Below, piece by piece: positions 40,296 to 49,449 of a DNA stretch of 61,322 nt (its first letter is position 1; each line of letters starts with the position of its first letter). Source of the stretch: a virus (taxonomy: Duplodnaviria; Caudoviricetes); the IMG/VR virus record IMGVR_UViG_3300029319_006288, positions 1 to 61,322 of that record; one strand, given 5' to 3'. Below the pieces are notes generated by a model. It was not told the origin of the DNA and did not search any database. It saw only the letters and a list, made by a program, of their open reading frames with translations. Made by a program: the position numbers and the translations under genes.

Positions 40296-40915
40296 AACTG
40301 CATTTCCTCACGCTCATTGTATACTTGACCAACAAAATCACCGACAAATTGTCTTTTTGTTGGGAAGGGCTTTTTTTCAAAGTATTCATCATGAACCATT
40401 GCTTTATCTTTAACCAGTGGGTAGACCACCTCTCTTAAAAAGTTCTGGTCATTCTGATATGTCTGATCGTAGTCTCTCATGTCGTAGTTAAATACCATAT
40501 CTTTGATGTCACTAAGGATGCCATTTCTACAGCCCCACATTCCCGCAAGGATCTCTGTTTGGTGATATGGGTGGTCACGCATAATGTGAAAGTCTTTATC
40601 ACTAGCAAGCCATTCGTCTACTGCCGCCTTCTCTCTTGGGTTTAATCTAGAATCTGTATCTCTTGAAACAAAAACATCGGCTTTATCAGCAGATAAGAAA
40701 CGCCAGAATGTAGCGTTCCAGCCCGATCCATCCATCAGAATAACAGTGTTATCAGGGGATAGGGTATCAATAACATCTTGTGGAACACCATCACCAATAT
40801 AAAAGTGACACTCCCACCCCGGATAAATTTTTCGTGCTAGTTGTGCATTTCTGGTAGCACCAACTGTATACTTCGGATTGTCTCCCCAGAGAGAGAAACC
40901 AATGACTTTAGTCAT
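40292..40915 (-). CDS. Putative GT-A-like glycosyltransferase (FSLWG...RDxDSR family)
   Basis: FSLWGDNPKY, FWRF, VSRDTDSR, FHIMRDHPYH, ILAGMWG and DQNFL. This pattern recurs in glycan clusters. Confidence 0.65.
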   Translation of the reverse strand: MTKVIGFSLWGDNPKYTVGATRNAQLARKIYPGWECHFYIGDGVPQDVIDTLSPDNTVILMDGSGWNATFWRFLSADKADVFVSRDTDSRLNPREKAAVDEWLASDKDFHIMRDHPYHQTEILAGMWGCRNGILSDIKDMVFNYDMRDYDQTYQNDQNFLREVVYPLVKDKAMVHDEYFEKKPFPTKRQFVGDFVGQVYNEREEMQF

Positions 40916-41618
40916 TTGTTATCTTCTCCTTTGGAAATCCTCTTCTCTTCCTTTCCTCAAATACTTGCTGATCTCGCCCAGAGTAGTGCAGGGTTTTTTG
41001 AACAGCGATATCTGCTTGATTATGATTCTCAGAACCTTCGATACTCCAATGCTCATGGGAGATAATAACTTTATTGATATACTTCTCTTTACCCATACGT
41101 CTTACCTCTTGCGTAAACTCATTGTCGCAATAAAGACTTTTGTAATCTGGGTGATAGATATAACCAAAGTGGTCATACAATGCTTTACCAAGAATAGAAA
41201 AAGTGATAAGTTCCCCATCTGTGTTCCCATCGTTAAAATGAACACACCCATCTAATTCTGGAAAGTGTTCCATCATAGCAATAGCGATCTCATTGTCCCA
41301 ACCCCAAGCCTTGGGAACCATGTCGTCGCTGGCACAAATAATGATATCAAACTCATATTTGTCAACATGATCGTTAATTGCACTAATTTTGTTAGTATCC
41401 TCATCATAATTAACTACGCCATCTACATTTGGCAGCTTCCTCAAGATGAACTTAATCCTTTCTTGGATGTAAGCATTTGTCATAGTTAAATCATTCAGAT
41501 CACAATTAATATTAAAAAATACGTCATGATGTGAACTCATCGTTTCGACGTATTTATTAAGTACACGGAGGAATTTCTCCGCTCTGCCGTATGTTGGAAA
41601 TTGTACCAATAGTTTCAT
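40908..41618 (-). CDS. GT2-like glycosyltransferase
   Basis: FPTYGR, KISAIN, ICASDDMVP, LYCDNEF and IISHEH. Start placed at the TGATG overlap. Confidence 0.75.
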   Translation of the reverse strand: MKLLVQFPTYGRAEKFLRVLNKYVETMSSHHDVFFNINCDLNDLTMTNAYIQERIKFILRKLPNVDGVVNYDEDTNKISAINDHVDKYEFDIIICASDDMVPKAWGWDNEIAIAMMEHFPELDGCVHFNDGNTDGELITFSILGKALYDHFGYIYHPDYKSLYCDNEFTQEVRRMGKEKYINKVIISHEHWSIEGSENHNQADIAVQKTLHYSGRDQQVFEERKRRGFPKEKITND

Positions 41619-42511
41619 CACATATCCTTAATTAGTGTTGGCAGTTGATTTTTTACGCTGTCAATTTTAGACATTGCATCTTTGTCACCCAAAAATTTCA
41701 TGAACCTCCAAGCTCTATGAAATGGCGTATGCCTATCTTTGATTTGATTTCTAATTTCGCCCAACAAGTTGTTTTCATGTTTACCTGTTTCTTGGAATAC
41801 ATTTTCCAAAAACTTATTGAACCCTTCTTGGTCCGAACTTCTGATGACTGGATTGTTACAATACATTGCCATATCAAAGAACAACTGAGAGCAACACAAA
41901 TCATTGCCTCCAACTAAACACATCTTGTCATACACCTTGTAAAGCTGGGAAAGGTTTCTGACATTTACCCTTATGTCGAAGTTGCTGTCTTTGTCTCCCT
42001 CTGTAATATATAATAGGTTAAAAACGTCCTTTTCACCAATATAATTCTCAACATTTTCGTCAAATTTATCAGAAACTACGGCTTCTGGCAAAACAGACTT
42101 AACATTCTGTTGCGGTGGAAGGTTAAACAGGTCTGCCGCAGGGTAAAGATTGTGTAGCTTGAGTTTTGTTTTTAGTTTATTTTCAAAACTATTTGTAAAC
42201 AAGAAAGCTACCTTGATGCCCGCCTTCTCTAACTCTTTCTCAATAGATTCAATTTGTGACTGAGATGCACCAGTCACATTCAACACCAGAGAGCAGCCAC
42301 TATTCTGCTGCATGTATTGAAAAATGTCTTGACTAAATGTTTTAAAGTGTGTTACAAATACATCCGGCTTTGTAGTGTCAAAAACATCGTAAGCACTCAT
42401 ATTGGGATCGGCCCAAATAAAGCTCTCTACTCCGCATTTTTGCAATGCATTATGAAGGTATAGAGGTTCTGTAGAGGTTGAATTTGAGTAATTATGGAAC
42501 AAAATTTTCAT
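41618..42511 (-). CDS. Hypothetical protein, degenerate GT-B-like (297 aa)
   Basis: MKILF start, KPDVFV and C-terminal HTPFHRA resemble CgeB-type GTs, but the nucleotide-binding motif is not recognisable. Confidence 0.45.
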   Translation of the reverse strand: MKILFHNYSNSTSTEPLYLHNALQKCGVESFIWADPNMSAYDVFDTTKPDVFVTHFKTFSQDIFQYMQQNSGCSLVLNVTGASQSQIESIEKELEKAGIKVAFLFTNSFENKLKTKLKLHNLYPAADLFNLPPQQNVKSVLPEAVVSDKFDENVENYIGEKDVFNLLYITEGDKDSNFDIRVNVRNLSQLYKVYDKMCLVGGNDLCCSQLFFDMAMYCNNPVIRSSDQEGFNKFLENVFQETGKHENNLLGEIRNQIKDRHTPFHRAWRFMKFLGDKDAMSKIDSVKNQLPTLIKDM

Positions 42512-43253
42512 TGTTTATCCTTTTGAGAGTTTTTATGTTATCAATTTTAAATATTGGGTCAGAATCGTTTTCAAAAATACTCAGTTGCCTTCTGCCCTTC
42601 CATGAGTTTATAGCCTCAAACAGAAATTTGTTTTTAAGTTCTGCTTTGGATATTAAATTATAAAAAGATTTTACTAGTGGCTCTCCTGTCAAGTATAATA
42701 GTTCGGTCCATACATTATCTTTAATTGCGAGAGACATCGTTTCTAATCTTGAATCGTTTGGTATTACTCCTATTTCAAATGTATCCTCTCTTTTACCTCC
42801 TTGAGTCAGTATTGACGGTTTTCTAAGATTTAAACTCTTTAAGAAACTTGGGGTTAGAACCACTCCACCGCCACACACAAGTATCTTATTGTTGGTTGTA
42901 TTGTTCATACATAGTCTTAGACCTTCACAGCAATTAGAGTGATAATAAACTTGGTTCTCTACTATCCTAATGTTATAACTGTTTGGGAATTTAGAATTTA
43001 CAAAGTGGTAAACTTTATTTGTTTCAAATCCAGAACATAAAATTATTTCAGAATCCAAGAAAACAGACCTAATCGCTTCTACCTGTCTTTCTAGTAACGT
43101 TTTACCTTCAAATTCTATCAAAGAGATGGGACCGTAAGATTTCATTCTGTAGCCATAATTTTCAGCTAGGAGTATTACAGTTATTTTTTCATCCCTATGT
43201 GCTCCAGAATTATTAGATTTAGCGTTTGTTATGAAGCGATTAGATTTTTTCAT
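42492..43253 (-). CDS. Nucleotidyltransferase-like protein (LicC/GlmU fold), degenerate
   Basis: VILLAENYGYRMKSYGPISLIEFEGKTLLERQ corresponds to LAAGxGxR..PKxL with substitutions. Also IVENQVY..N and KIDNIKTL. Confidence 0.7.
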   Translation of the reverse strand: MKKSNRFITNAKSNNSGAHRDEKITVILLAENYGYRMKSYGPISLIEFEGKTLLERQVEAIRSVFLDSEIILCSGFETNKVYHFVNSKFPNSYNIRIVENQVYYHSNCCEGLRLCMNNTTNNKILVCGGGVVLTPSFLKSLNLRKPSILTQGGKREDTFEIGVIPNDSRLETMSLAIKDNVWTELLYLTGEPLVKSFYNLISKAELKNKFLFEAINSWKGRRQLSIFENDSDPIFKIDNIKTLKRINNENFVP

Positions 43254-43953
43254 ATTTATCTTGCTCCACAGAGATTGTTTTCAAGCCCTCCACAGCGTTT
43301 TCGTAGCTTTCGTAATTGTAATATATTTGCTGAATGACACTCTTTAGCACGATATATACTGAATTATTTTCTATGAAACATACATGCTTCATTTCTTCAT
43401 TGATTAGATTATCTACTGTTTCAAAAACTTCTAGGCTAAACCTGTCTTTCACGCTCATTTTTACGAAATAGGTAGCTTTTAGCAATTTCTTAAACGTTTC
43501 ATTGTCTCTTGCATTTCCTTCGTTATGCAAATGTAGAACTAACTCTGCTGCGATGAAATTTTCCTTTAGCACCCTAAAGCTATGCAATAGACTATCTGCA
43601 TATTTTAGACCGCTAGGTGCTGAAATTATGATCTTCAGCTTTTCCTTTGGATATTTCAAAGACTCAAGATGCCTACATAGTTCGTCAACTTCTTCAAGAG
43701 TATCTTCAGGTTTAAGAGATACAACAATTCCAAATAGAGGCATTATATTGTATCTCTGTTCTTTAATATCGCAATCCTCTTCTCTGTACATGTTGCAAAA
43801 CTGGGTCAATTCATATGAGGTAGATCCAAACTCTCTTATCGCTCTACCCTTATCAATGAACTTTTGTAGTCTACCTGCTTTACATCCAACTTGACCACCA
43901 CTCATAGACGGTCCATCGTCCATAATGTTAAATATACACTTACTACAATCCAT
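43240..43953 (-). CDS. Hypothetical protein with Cys-rich N-terminus and degenerate GT2-like domain
   Basis: CSKC..C..C at the N-terminus. LESLKYPKEKLKIII resembles the GT2 N-terminal motif, but no DxD is visible. Confidence 0.45.
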   Translation of the reverse strand: MDCSKCIFNIMDDGPSMSGGQVGCKAGRLQKFIDKGRAIREFGSTSYELTQFCNMYREEDCDIKEQRYNIMPLFGIVVSLKPEDTLEEVDELCRHLESLKYPKEKLKIIISAPSGLKYADSLLHSFRVLKENFIAAELVLHLHNEGNARDNETFKKLLKATYFVKMSVKDRFSLEVFETVDNLINEEMKHVCFIENNSVYIVLKSVIQQIYYNYESYENAVEGLKTISVEQDKYEKI

Positions 43954-44372
43954 TATTTCCTCACTGCTTTGACTTCATAGTGTAGTCCATCCATATGCAC
44001 AGTGAGAATTTCTAAACCTAGATTTTTCAGTGCCTCTACAACCATATCAGAAGTAGACATGGAATATGCAGCGGTAATAATTTGACACGCACTCTCTACA
44101 TCAAGAAGACCGTTCACCAGAAATTTAGAGAAAAATCTAACGTCTGTTCCACCAATAGAGACCTCACCGCCAAGCCTAAGTTTAGATATTAGGGCTTGAC
44201 AAACTTGTTGCACAGCATTAGAACTGAAAGAATCCATTAAATCTGCCGCTAGAATAGATTCACAAGAATTGTCTACAACATGGGACAACTCAAGCGAATT
44301 AGGCTGTGTAATTTGTACTATATCGTATCCACCAATCGTGTCTTGCTCTGGTCTGATAATTTGTAGTTTCAT
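43953..44372 (-). CDS. Truncated methyltransferase-fold protein (139 aa)
   Basis: DNSCESILA..KLRLGGEVSIGGTD resembles the C-terminal half of class I MTases. The GxGxG SAM motif is absent. Confidence 0.45.
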   Translation of the reverse strand: MKLQIIRPEQDTIGGYDIVQITQPNSLELSHVVDNSCESILAADLMDSFSSNAVQQVCQALISKLRLGGEVSIGGTDVRFFSKFLVNGLLDVESACQIITAAYSMSTSDMVVEALKNLGLEILTVHMDGLHYEVKAVRK

Positions 44373-45349
44373 CTAATTACTCCATATGTTTTGTCAAAAA
44401 TAGTGTTCCACTCATTAATAAACCTATCTTCTGAGAATTTTTCTAGAATAGTTTGTCTGGCAGATTCGCCCATTTTCTTTGCAAGTTCTGGATCAGCTAA
44501 TAGTTTTTCAATATAGCCTCTCAATTCGCCTTCATCGTTGCTCAGGAAGCCGTTCTCGCCGTGTTTAATAATATTTGGAATATCACACGTATTTGTAGAA
44601 ACGACCGCACAGCCGCACGACATGGCCTCTAACATGGACGTAGGAACAGGACTGAGAGTGCTTGGATTAATATAAACCAAAGACTCTTGATATTTCCTGA
44701 CCAATTCATCTACCGATGCTGCTGCTTTGGATAACCCTTCTGTTTCCCCAACTACAACTCTATTCATTCCATCTGTAATCCTATTCCAACCATTGAAGTT
44801 TAAAGCATAGTCACGATTAACAAAGTCATGAGCAACGGTTAGGACTTGAGGTTTACGTTCAACGTCAGACGGTTTAAATAACTCCGCATCAATAGAGTGG
44901 TAAATCACCTCACCGGGGATGCCCCATTTACCTTTAGAATATTCTGTAATGAATACGTTGAAATCGCCACGCATTTTCTGGAACTGTAGAAGGTGTTCCG
45001 CAGGCCAGTTTAGATGCGGTAGCGTATGCTCCAAGCACAATACTGGCAACTGCAAAGAAGAGTTGATCTGTGCAGCAGTTTGATATTGTCCGAACTTACT
45101 ATTGACAAAAATAAAGTCAAAGGTGATACCCGGAAAAATAGCATTTTTTGGAAGTTGATAGTAATTACTTGGCATGGGTGCATGTTCGGTAATCCAATCT
45201 TTCCCACCATCAAAATTAAATGCGTAAAAATTATGACCAGTTTTTGCGACTTGAGTCTGGTAACGCTCATGAGTATTGAACGTTAAGATATTGTAAGGCT
45301 TGTCTTTTGGTCTTTGCACTTTTTGAATCAAAGAGTGAACTTTAAACAT
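44369..45349 (-). CDS. GT4 family glycosyltransferase
   Basis: IYHSIDAELF, YINPS..SPVPTSMLEAMSCGCAVVST, IIKHGENGFL and MGESARQTILEKFS. Confidence 0.9.
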   Translation of the reverse strand: MFKVHSLIQKVQRPKDKPYNILTFNTHERYQTQVAKTGHNFYAFNFDGGKDWITEHAPMPSNYYQLPKNAIFPGITFDFIFVNSKFGQYQTAAQINSSLQLPVLCLEHTLPHLNWPAEHLLQFQKMRGDFNVFITEYSKGKWGIPGEVIYHSIDAELFKPSDVERKPQVLTVAHDFVNRDYALNFNGWNRITDGMNRVVVGETEGLSKAAASVDELVRKYQESLVYINPSTLSPVPTSMLEAMSCGCAVVSTNTCDIPNIIKHGENGFLSNDEGELRGYIEKLLADPELAKKMGESARQTILEKFSEDRFINEWNTIFDKTYGVIR

Positions 45350-46436
45350 TTAGATTCTCCTTCATATTATTTCCTACATTTTCTAGCGAAAATACTTCCA
45401 ATCGTTCAAATGCCTCTCTTTTTCTATTTACACCATAAATGACTGGGTTTTCTGACCAAGCATTGTATAATTTTCTCATCGCCTCTTTCATTTCTTTTTC
45501 GCAAGGTATGATAACATAGTCTTTACCATTATTCAAGTCCGGCCACATTTTTGATCGGTTTGTATTTGTTTGATAGATAGATGATATACCGCAATCATCA
45601 AAGTATACCTCTGCATCTGTTCCCTCTGGTACAATTGGCGTGTTACCAAAAGCGAAGGCGTGAAATTCCTCTAGATTCAAGCATCTTTGGGTTTCACAGC
45701 TAACATAGCAATCTGCAAAAACATGAAGTGGCTCATGAGAACCGCTTAGTCTTGGAACGAATATATCTTTCCTGTAATCGGATGCTCGCGGGTGGAGACC
45801 CAAGTCTGTTTTTACTTTTTCAATCTTTTCGTCGATAAGTTGCTTGTTGCATGATTCGTCTACACCTAACAAAAGTACAGCATTGTCTGTGTCATTAAAC
45901 TCGGAATGGAAACATCTCAATACTCTCTCTACTCCATTACCCTCATTGTTGATAATAGTGTAGAATCTAAACTTATCTTTTGTCTCAAATCCTCCATCTA
46001 CTGGAGTAGTAGTGACTTTGTAGTTATCCTTGTTAAATGCATATGGGACTCGTTTAACCTTATCTTTAATGGGCGTATCCTTAAAAGCAATTTCGGCCCA
46101 TGAGCTTGGAACCCAAACCTGATCGAAACGATCTAGCTTTTCTATAATAGTAGAGTGTTTAGCTTCAACAAATTCATTTGCTAAAATAGCGATGTTTTTC
46201 TTGAATTTAGACGATGGAAGCATATGATCTGGGAATACGTGCTGTATACAGACATCGCAATCTTCAATGTCTTTTGCTTCAAACCTTCTCATTTCTTCTG
46301 GTGTATGGTCAATTCCAAACACAACTGACCGACATGCAACATCTACGCCAGCAGAATCTAGGGCTAAAATGTTATTCCTAGCAGTTTGACCCCAATCGCT
46401 ATGTTCTTTGTAATATCCAATGTATAAAACTTTCAT
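45342..46436 (-). CDS. GT4-like glycosyltransferase (divergent)
   Basis: MKVLYIG, DQVWVPSSW, FRFYTI, ADCYVS and FSLENVG. The catalytic EGF..P..EA motif is eroded. Confidence 0.7.
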   Translation of the reverse strand: MKVLYIGYYKEHSDWGQTARNNILALDSAGVDVACRSVVFGIDHTPEEMRRFEAKDIEDCDVCIQHVFPDHMLPSSKFKKNIAILANEFVEAKHSTIIEKLDRFDQVWVPSSWAEIAFKDTPIKDKVKRVPYAFNKDNYKVTTTPVDGGFETKDKFRFYTIINNEGNGVERVLRCFHSEFNDTDNAVLLLGVDESCNKQLIDEKIEKVKTDLGLHPRASDYRKDIFVPRLSGSHEPLHVFADCYVSCETQRCLNLEEFHAFAFGNTPIVPEGTDAEVYFDDCGISSIYQTNTNRSKMWPDLNNGKDYVIIPCEKEMKEAMRKLYNAWSENPVIYGVNRKREAFERLEVFSLENVGNNMKENLNV

Positions 46437-47065
46437 TATTTTCTCCTCCTAATTGCCCAATCAGGAAATGGCATATCGCTGCTAACTAAGGCACACATCT
46501 CAACTACCGGAGTCGCCTCTAAATATTCGTCTACGGCCTGTTTAATTCCGTATCCAAGTTGATTGGTATAGGTAACGCCTTCTTGAACAAAAAACGTTTC
46601 CTGACTGATGTAATCGTGACCACCCAAAACACCTTCGGGTTGTACTTTCCTTGCATAGCACTCGATGTCTTTCTTTACAGACTCATACAAATGACAACCA
46701 TCTAAATAAACAAAGTCAAAGTATGCTGGTTCAAATTCATCGACTAGTTCGTGAGAGTATCCTCTGTGGATATGAACTCTACCTTCTGCGATTTCTTTTT
46801 CGTACTTTCTCTCTAGCACAATCTGCATGTTCACATTACTATGAGCAGTAGGTACATTTCTCATATGACCTTCTTGATAGACCAGTCCATTGTTGGGATT
46901 CCACTCCCAAGGGTCTAACAGGTGAAGTTCTGATGGTTCCAGAATTTTCATAATCTTCTCTGAAAAATGCCCATGCTCTACACCAATCTCCAGAACTTTC
47001 GGGTTTTCTGGAAGCATTGTTTTGATGTAGTCTAGATATTCATCTCTCGTATCTAAAACTTTCAT
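46436..47065 (-). CDS. Class I SAM-dependent methyltransferase (Methyltransf_24-like)
   Basis: VLEIGVEHGHFS, LLDPW, FDFVYLDGCHLYESV, GVLGGHDY and GIKQAVDE. Confidence 0.9.
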   Translation of the reverse strand: MKVLDTRDEYLDYIKTMLPENPKVLEIGVEHGHFSEKIMKILEPSELHLLDPWEWNPNNGLVYQEGHMRNVPTAHSNVNMQIVLERKYEKEIAEGRVHIHRGYSHELVDEFEPAYFDFVYLDGCHLYESVKKDIECYARKVQPEGVLGGHDYISQETFFVQEGVTYTNQLGYGIKQAVDEYLEATPVVEMCALVSSDMPFPDWAIRRRK

Positions 47066-47820
47066 ACCATTCCTTTTAAATCGTAGTCTTTAATAAATTC
47101 CATACCCGCTGAATTAAACTCGCCGTGAAAACCAAAAGAGTTGTAGCTAAACAGCATATTTCTATTAAAGTTGCCGAAAGGTGTTGGATGTTCTTTAGAA
47201 AATTGTGCTGCTAGTTCTGGTGGTGCAAACTTAATTCCTGCGGAGGTCATAGTGTCATAATTGAAAACACAAATATTGAGGTCTTCGTTTTTATGTTCCC
47301 ATCCTAGTTTTGCTGATTCCTCTACAAACGCTCGTGTTCTCAAAGAAAACCCTCCGTTGCCAACAACGTTCGGGATTTCTTCTATGCGTCCAGCAACCAT
47401 ATCGCTCGCCTGAATGATATGCATCGGCCAAGGAGCACCGATATAGTCATAGTGCATGAAGCGGTTGTCCCACTTCTCTATATCTATTATAGTTGAATCA
47501 TGCTGAATATTCAAACAGAAATCGTCAAAAATATACTTATTTGTCTGTTGAATAAAAGACTGATTAAAACCTACTCGATTCTTATCATCATTCGACATGT
47601 TGTCATTGAGATCGACACTCATATCACACACTTCGATCTTGTGCCTATCAATGACTTGACCGAATAACGACAAATCTGTTTTACTACTATCGGTAATTAA
47701 GACATGCCTCTTGAAATCTACCTGATCCATCGCAATCAGCATGGCTTTAAGAGATTTTTCTACATGCTCTGTTCCCCAGCAAAAGCTAAAAACTGTTACA
47801 TCTGGTAATTGTAATTTCAT
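47062..47820 (-). CDS. DUF5672-type putative glycosyltransferase
   Basis: LNIQHDS, YDYIGAPWP, VGNGGFSLR, NEDL, AAQFSKE and SFGFHG. Confidence 0.8.
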   Translation of the reverse strand: MKLQLPDVTVFSFCWGTEHVEKSLKAMLIAMDQVDFKRHVLITDSSKTDLSLFGQVIDRHKIEVCDMSVDLNDNMSNDDKNRVGFNQSFIQQTNKYIFDDFCLNIQHDSTIIDIEKWDNRFMHYDYIGAPWPMHIIQASDMVAGRIEEIPNVVGNGGFSLRTRAFVEESAKLGWEHKNEDLNICVFNYDTMTSAGIKFAPPELAAQFSKEHPTPFGNFNRNMLFSYNSFGFHGEFNSAGMEFIKDYDLKGMV

Positions 47821-48449
47821 TGAACCTCTAAACTTTCTTCAAATTCCATTTTGTCAAAAACTGTTTCTTTAGTATCCATGCATGTATTATAAATCTTCAT
47901 ACCATTCGATTCAAAAAACTCTTTATATAGTTTAAATGTAAAGCTCATAGCATCTCTGACACCATCAATGATATCGTCACCAATTGATTTAAATTTACTG
48001 TTAAAAAATTGCCCCTGATTGTCATGATTGCAACCAATAAGAAATGCATTTTTAACTCTTAATTTCATACAAAGAGGAAAAGCTACATCGTTGACCGTTC
48101 CATAACTCCAAGGCATTACATCTTGATCTATCATATCCATAGAAATTTCACTAATATCTTTGAGTCTCTTGGGCATCACGCGAACTTTATAACCATGAAA
48201 GTTAGTGATGTCGGTAGCTGTAGCTAGGTAAACCTTTTCATCTGGAAGTTGCTGGACCCAAGGTAAAACATCATTGACTGTACTTAAATCACCACAGGCG
48301 TAATAGATATCATTACTATTATCTATTTTATTTAAAGCTAATATAGTCCTAGAACAAGAGATTACTATGCTATTTTTAATCTTTGTTAGGTCCACCTCGT
48401 TAAGATGAGGACCAGAGAGCAGAATGTATGCATTACTTCCAGTAGTCAT
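47817..48449 (-). CDS. Maf/DUF115-like (MptE-like) putative nonulosonate transferase
   Basis: AYILLSGPHLNEVDLTKIKNSIVISCSR, YYACGD, GTV...AFLIGCNH and KIYN match the GxGPSL pattern. The start was moved to 48449, where there is an AAGGA RBS. Confidence 0.6.
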   Translation of the reverse strand: MTTGSNAYILLSGPHLNEVDLTKIKNSIVISCSRTILALNKIDNSNDIYYACGDLSTVNDVLPWVQQLPDEKVYLATATDITNFHGYKVRVMPKRLKDISEISMDMIDQDVMPWSYGTVNDVAFPLCMKLRVKNAFLIGCNHDNQGQFFNSKFKSIGDDIIDGVRDAMSFTFKLYKEFFESNGMKIYNTCMDTKETVFDKMEFEESLEVQ

Positions 48450-49449
48450 ATATTCCTTTCTCAACTTCGTAGTCCATTTTCTTTTGCTCTCGCTGTGGTT
48501 GATGCATAGCCCATTTAAACATCTCATCAACCGTCTCTTCTAGATTGGTATCGTCACTAAAGTTCAGCATTTCTTTTGCTTTGGTGTGGTCACAAAAAGC
48601 GTGTTTAGCTTCGTGACGACCCTCTACATGCTTCTTTTCTGCTTCAAAGCCATTCTTCCAAGCTACACGCTGAACTGTATCTGCAAGTTCATTGATTGTG
48701 TATGCCTTGTCTGCACCAATATTGAAAAGCTCGTCATCGTGACCGTCAATAAGTTGCTCAAAAGGCTTCATGTAATACTTGATATCAGAGAACGCACGAG
48801 TCTGTTCACCGTCTCCGTAGATGAGCATTGGCTCACCAGCGAGGACGCGACGAATAAAAATGCCTGCAACGTTGCGGTACTTGTCCCAGATATTCTGATA
48901 AATACCAACAACATTATGTGGACGAATAATATTATAGCGTAATCCATGTTGCTCACGAGCCACTCTGATATCTTGTTCAATGGCATACTTTGCAATTCCA
49001 TAGGGATCAATAGGGGCTGGCCCCATAGCCTCAAAAAATGGTGGGTAGTGATTTCCGTATACAGCCATACTACTAGTGAAGATTAACTTCACATTGTGAT
49101 TGATGCACTGATTGATAACATTCACGCTTCCTAAAACATTATTTGTATAATTGAAATGACGGATAAAGGGCGATAATCCTTCTGCTGCATAGGCGGCAAA
49201 ATGGTAACATGCCACAATATCACGGCGAGGGTCGATGAAAATATGCTCTAGTGATCTTGGTGCCCATTCACCGTCACTCAAGTCCAAGGGCCAGAATTCA
49301 AATTGTTCTGGAGTTGCTTTTGGAAGATAGTCTGAGTATCCACCGCTAAGGTCATCAATCCCAATAACTTTATAACCTTTACTCAGAAGATGTCGGCTAA
49401 AGTGTGAACCTAATAGTCCCGCACATCCTGTTACTACGATTGTTTTCAT
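48433..49449 (-). CDS. NAD-dependent nucleotide-sugar epimerase/dehydratase
   Basis: VVTGCAGLLGSH, GIDDLSGG, YHFAAYAAEGLS, FTSSMAVYG, PYGIAKY and IYGDGEQTRAFS. Confidence 0.92.
   Translation of the reverse strand: MKTIVVTGCAGLLGSHFSRHLLSKGYKVIGIDDLSGGYSDYLPKATPEQFEFWPLDLSDGEWAPRSLEHIFIDPRRDIVACYHFAAYAAEGLSPFIRHFNYTNNVLGSVNVINQCINHNVKLIFTSSMAVYGNHYPPFFEAMGPAPIDPYGIAKYAIEQDIRVAREQHGLRYNIIRPHNVVGIYQNIWDKYRNVAGIFIRRVLAGEPMLIYGDGEQTRAFSDIKYYMKPFEQLIDGHDDELFNIGADKAYTINELADTVQRVAWKNGFEAEKKHVEGRHEAKHAFCDHTKAKEMLNFSDDTNLEETVDEMFKWAMHQPQREQKKMDYEVEKGIYDYWK

Noticed and set aside
41618-44372. Calling the degenerate enzyme homologues pseudogenes
   Set aside because: The frames are intact and tightly coupled with no stops or frameshifts, so they are reported as possible pseudo-enzymes instead.
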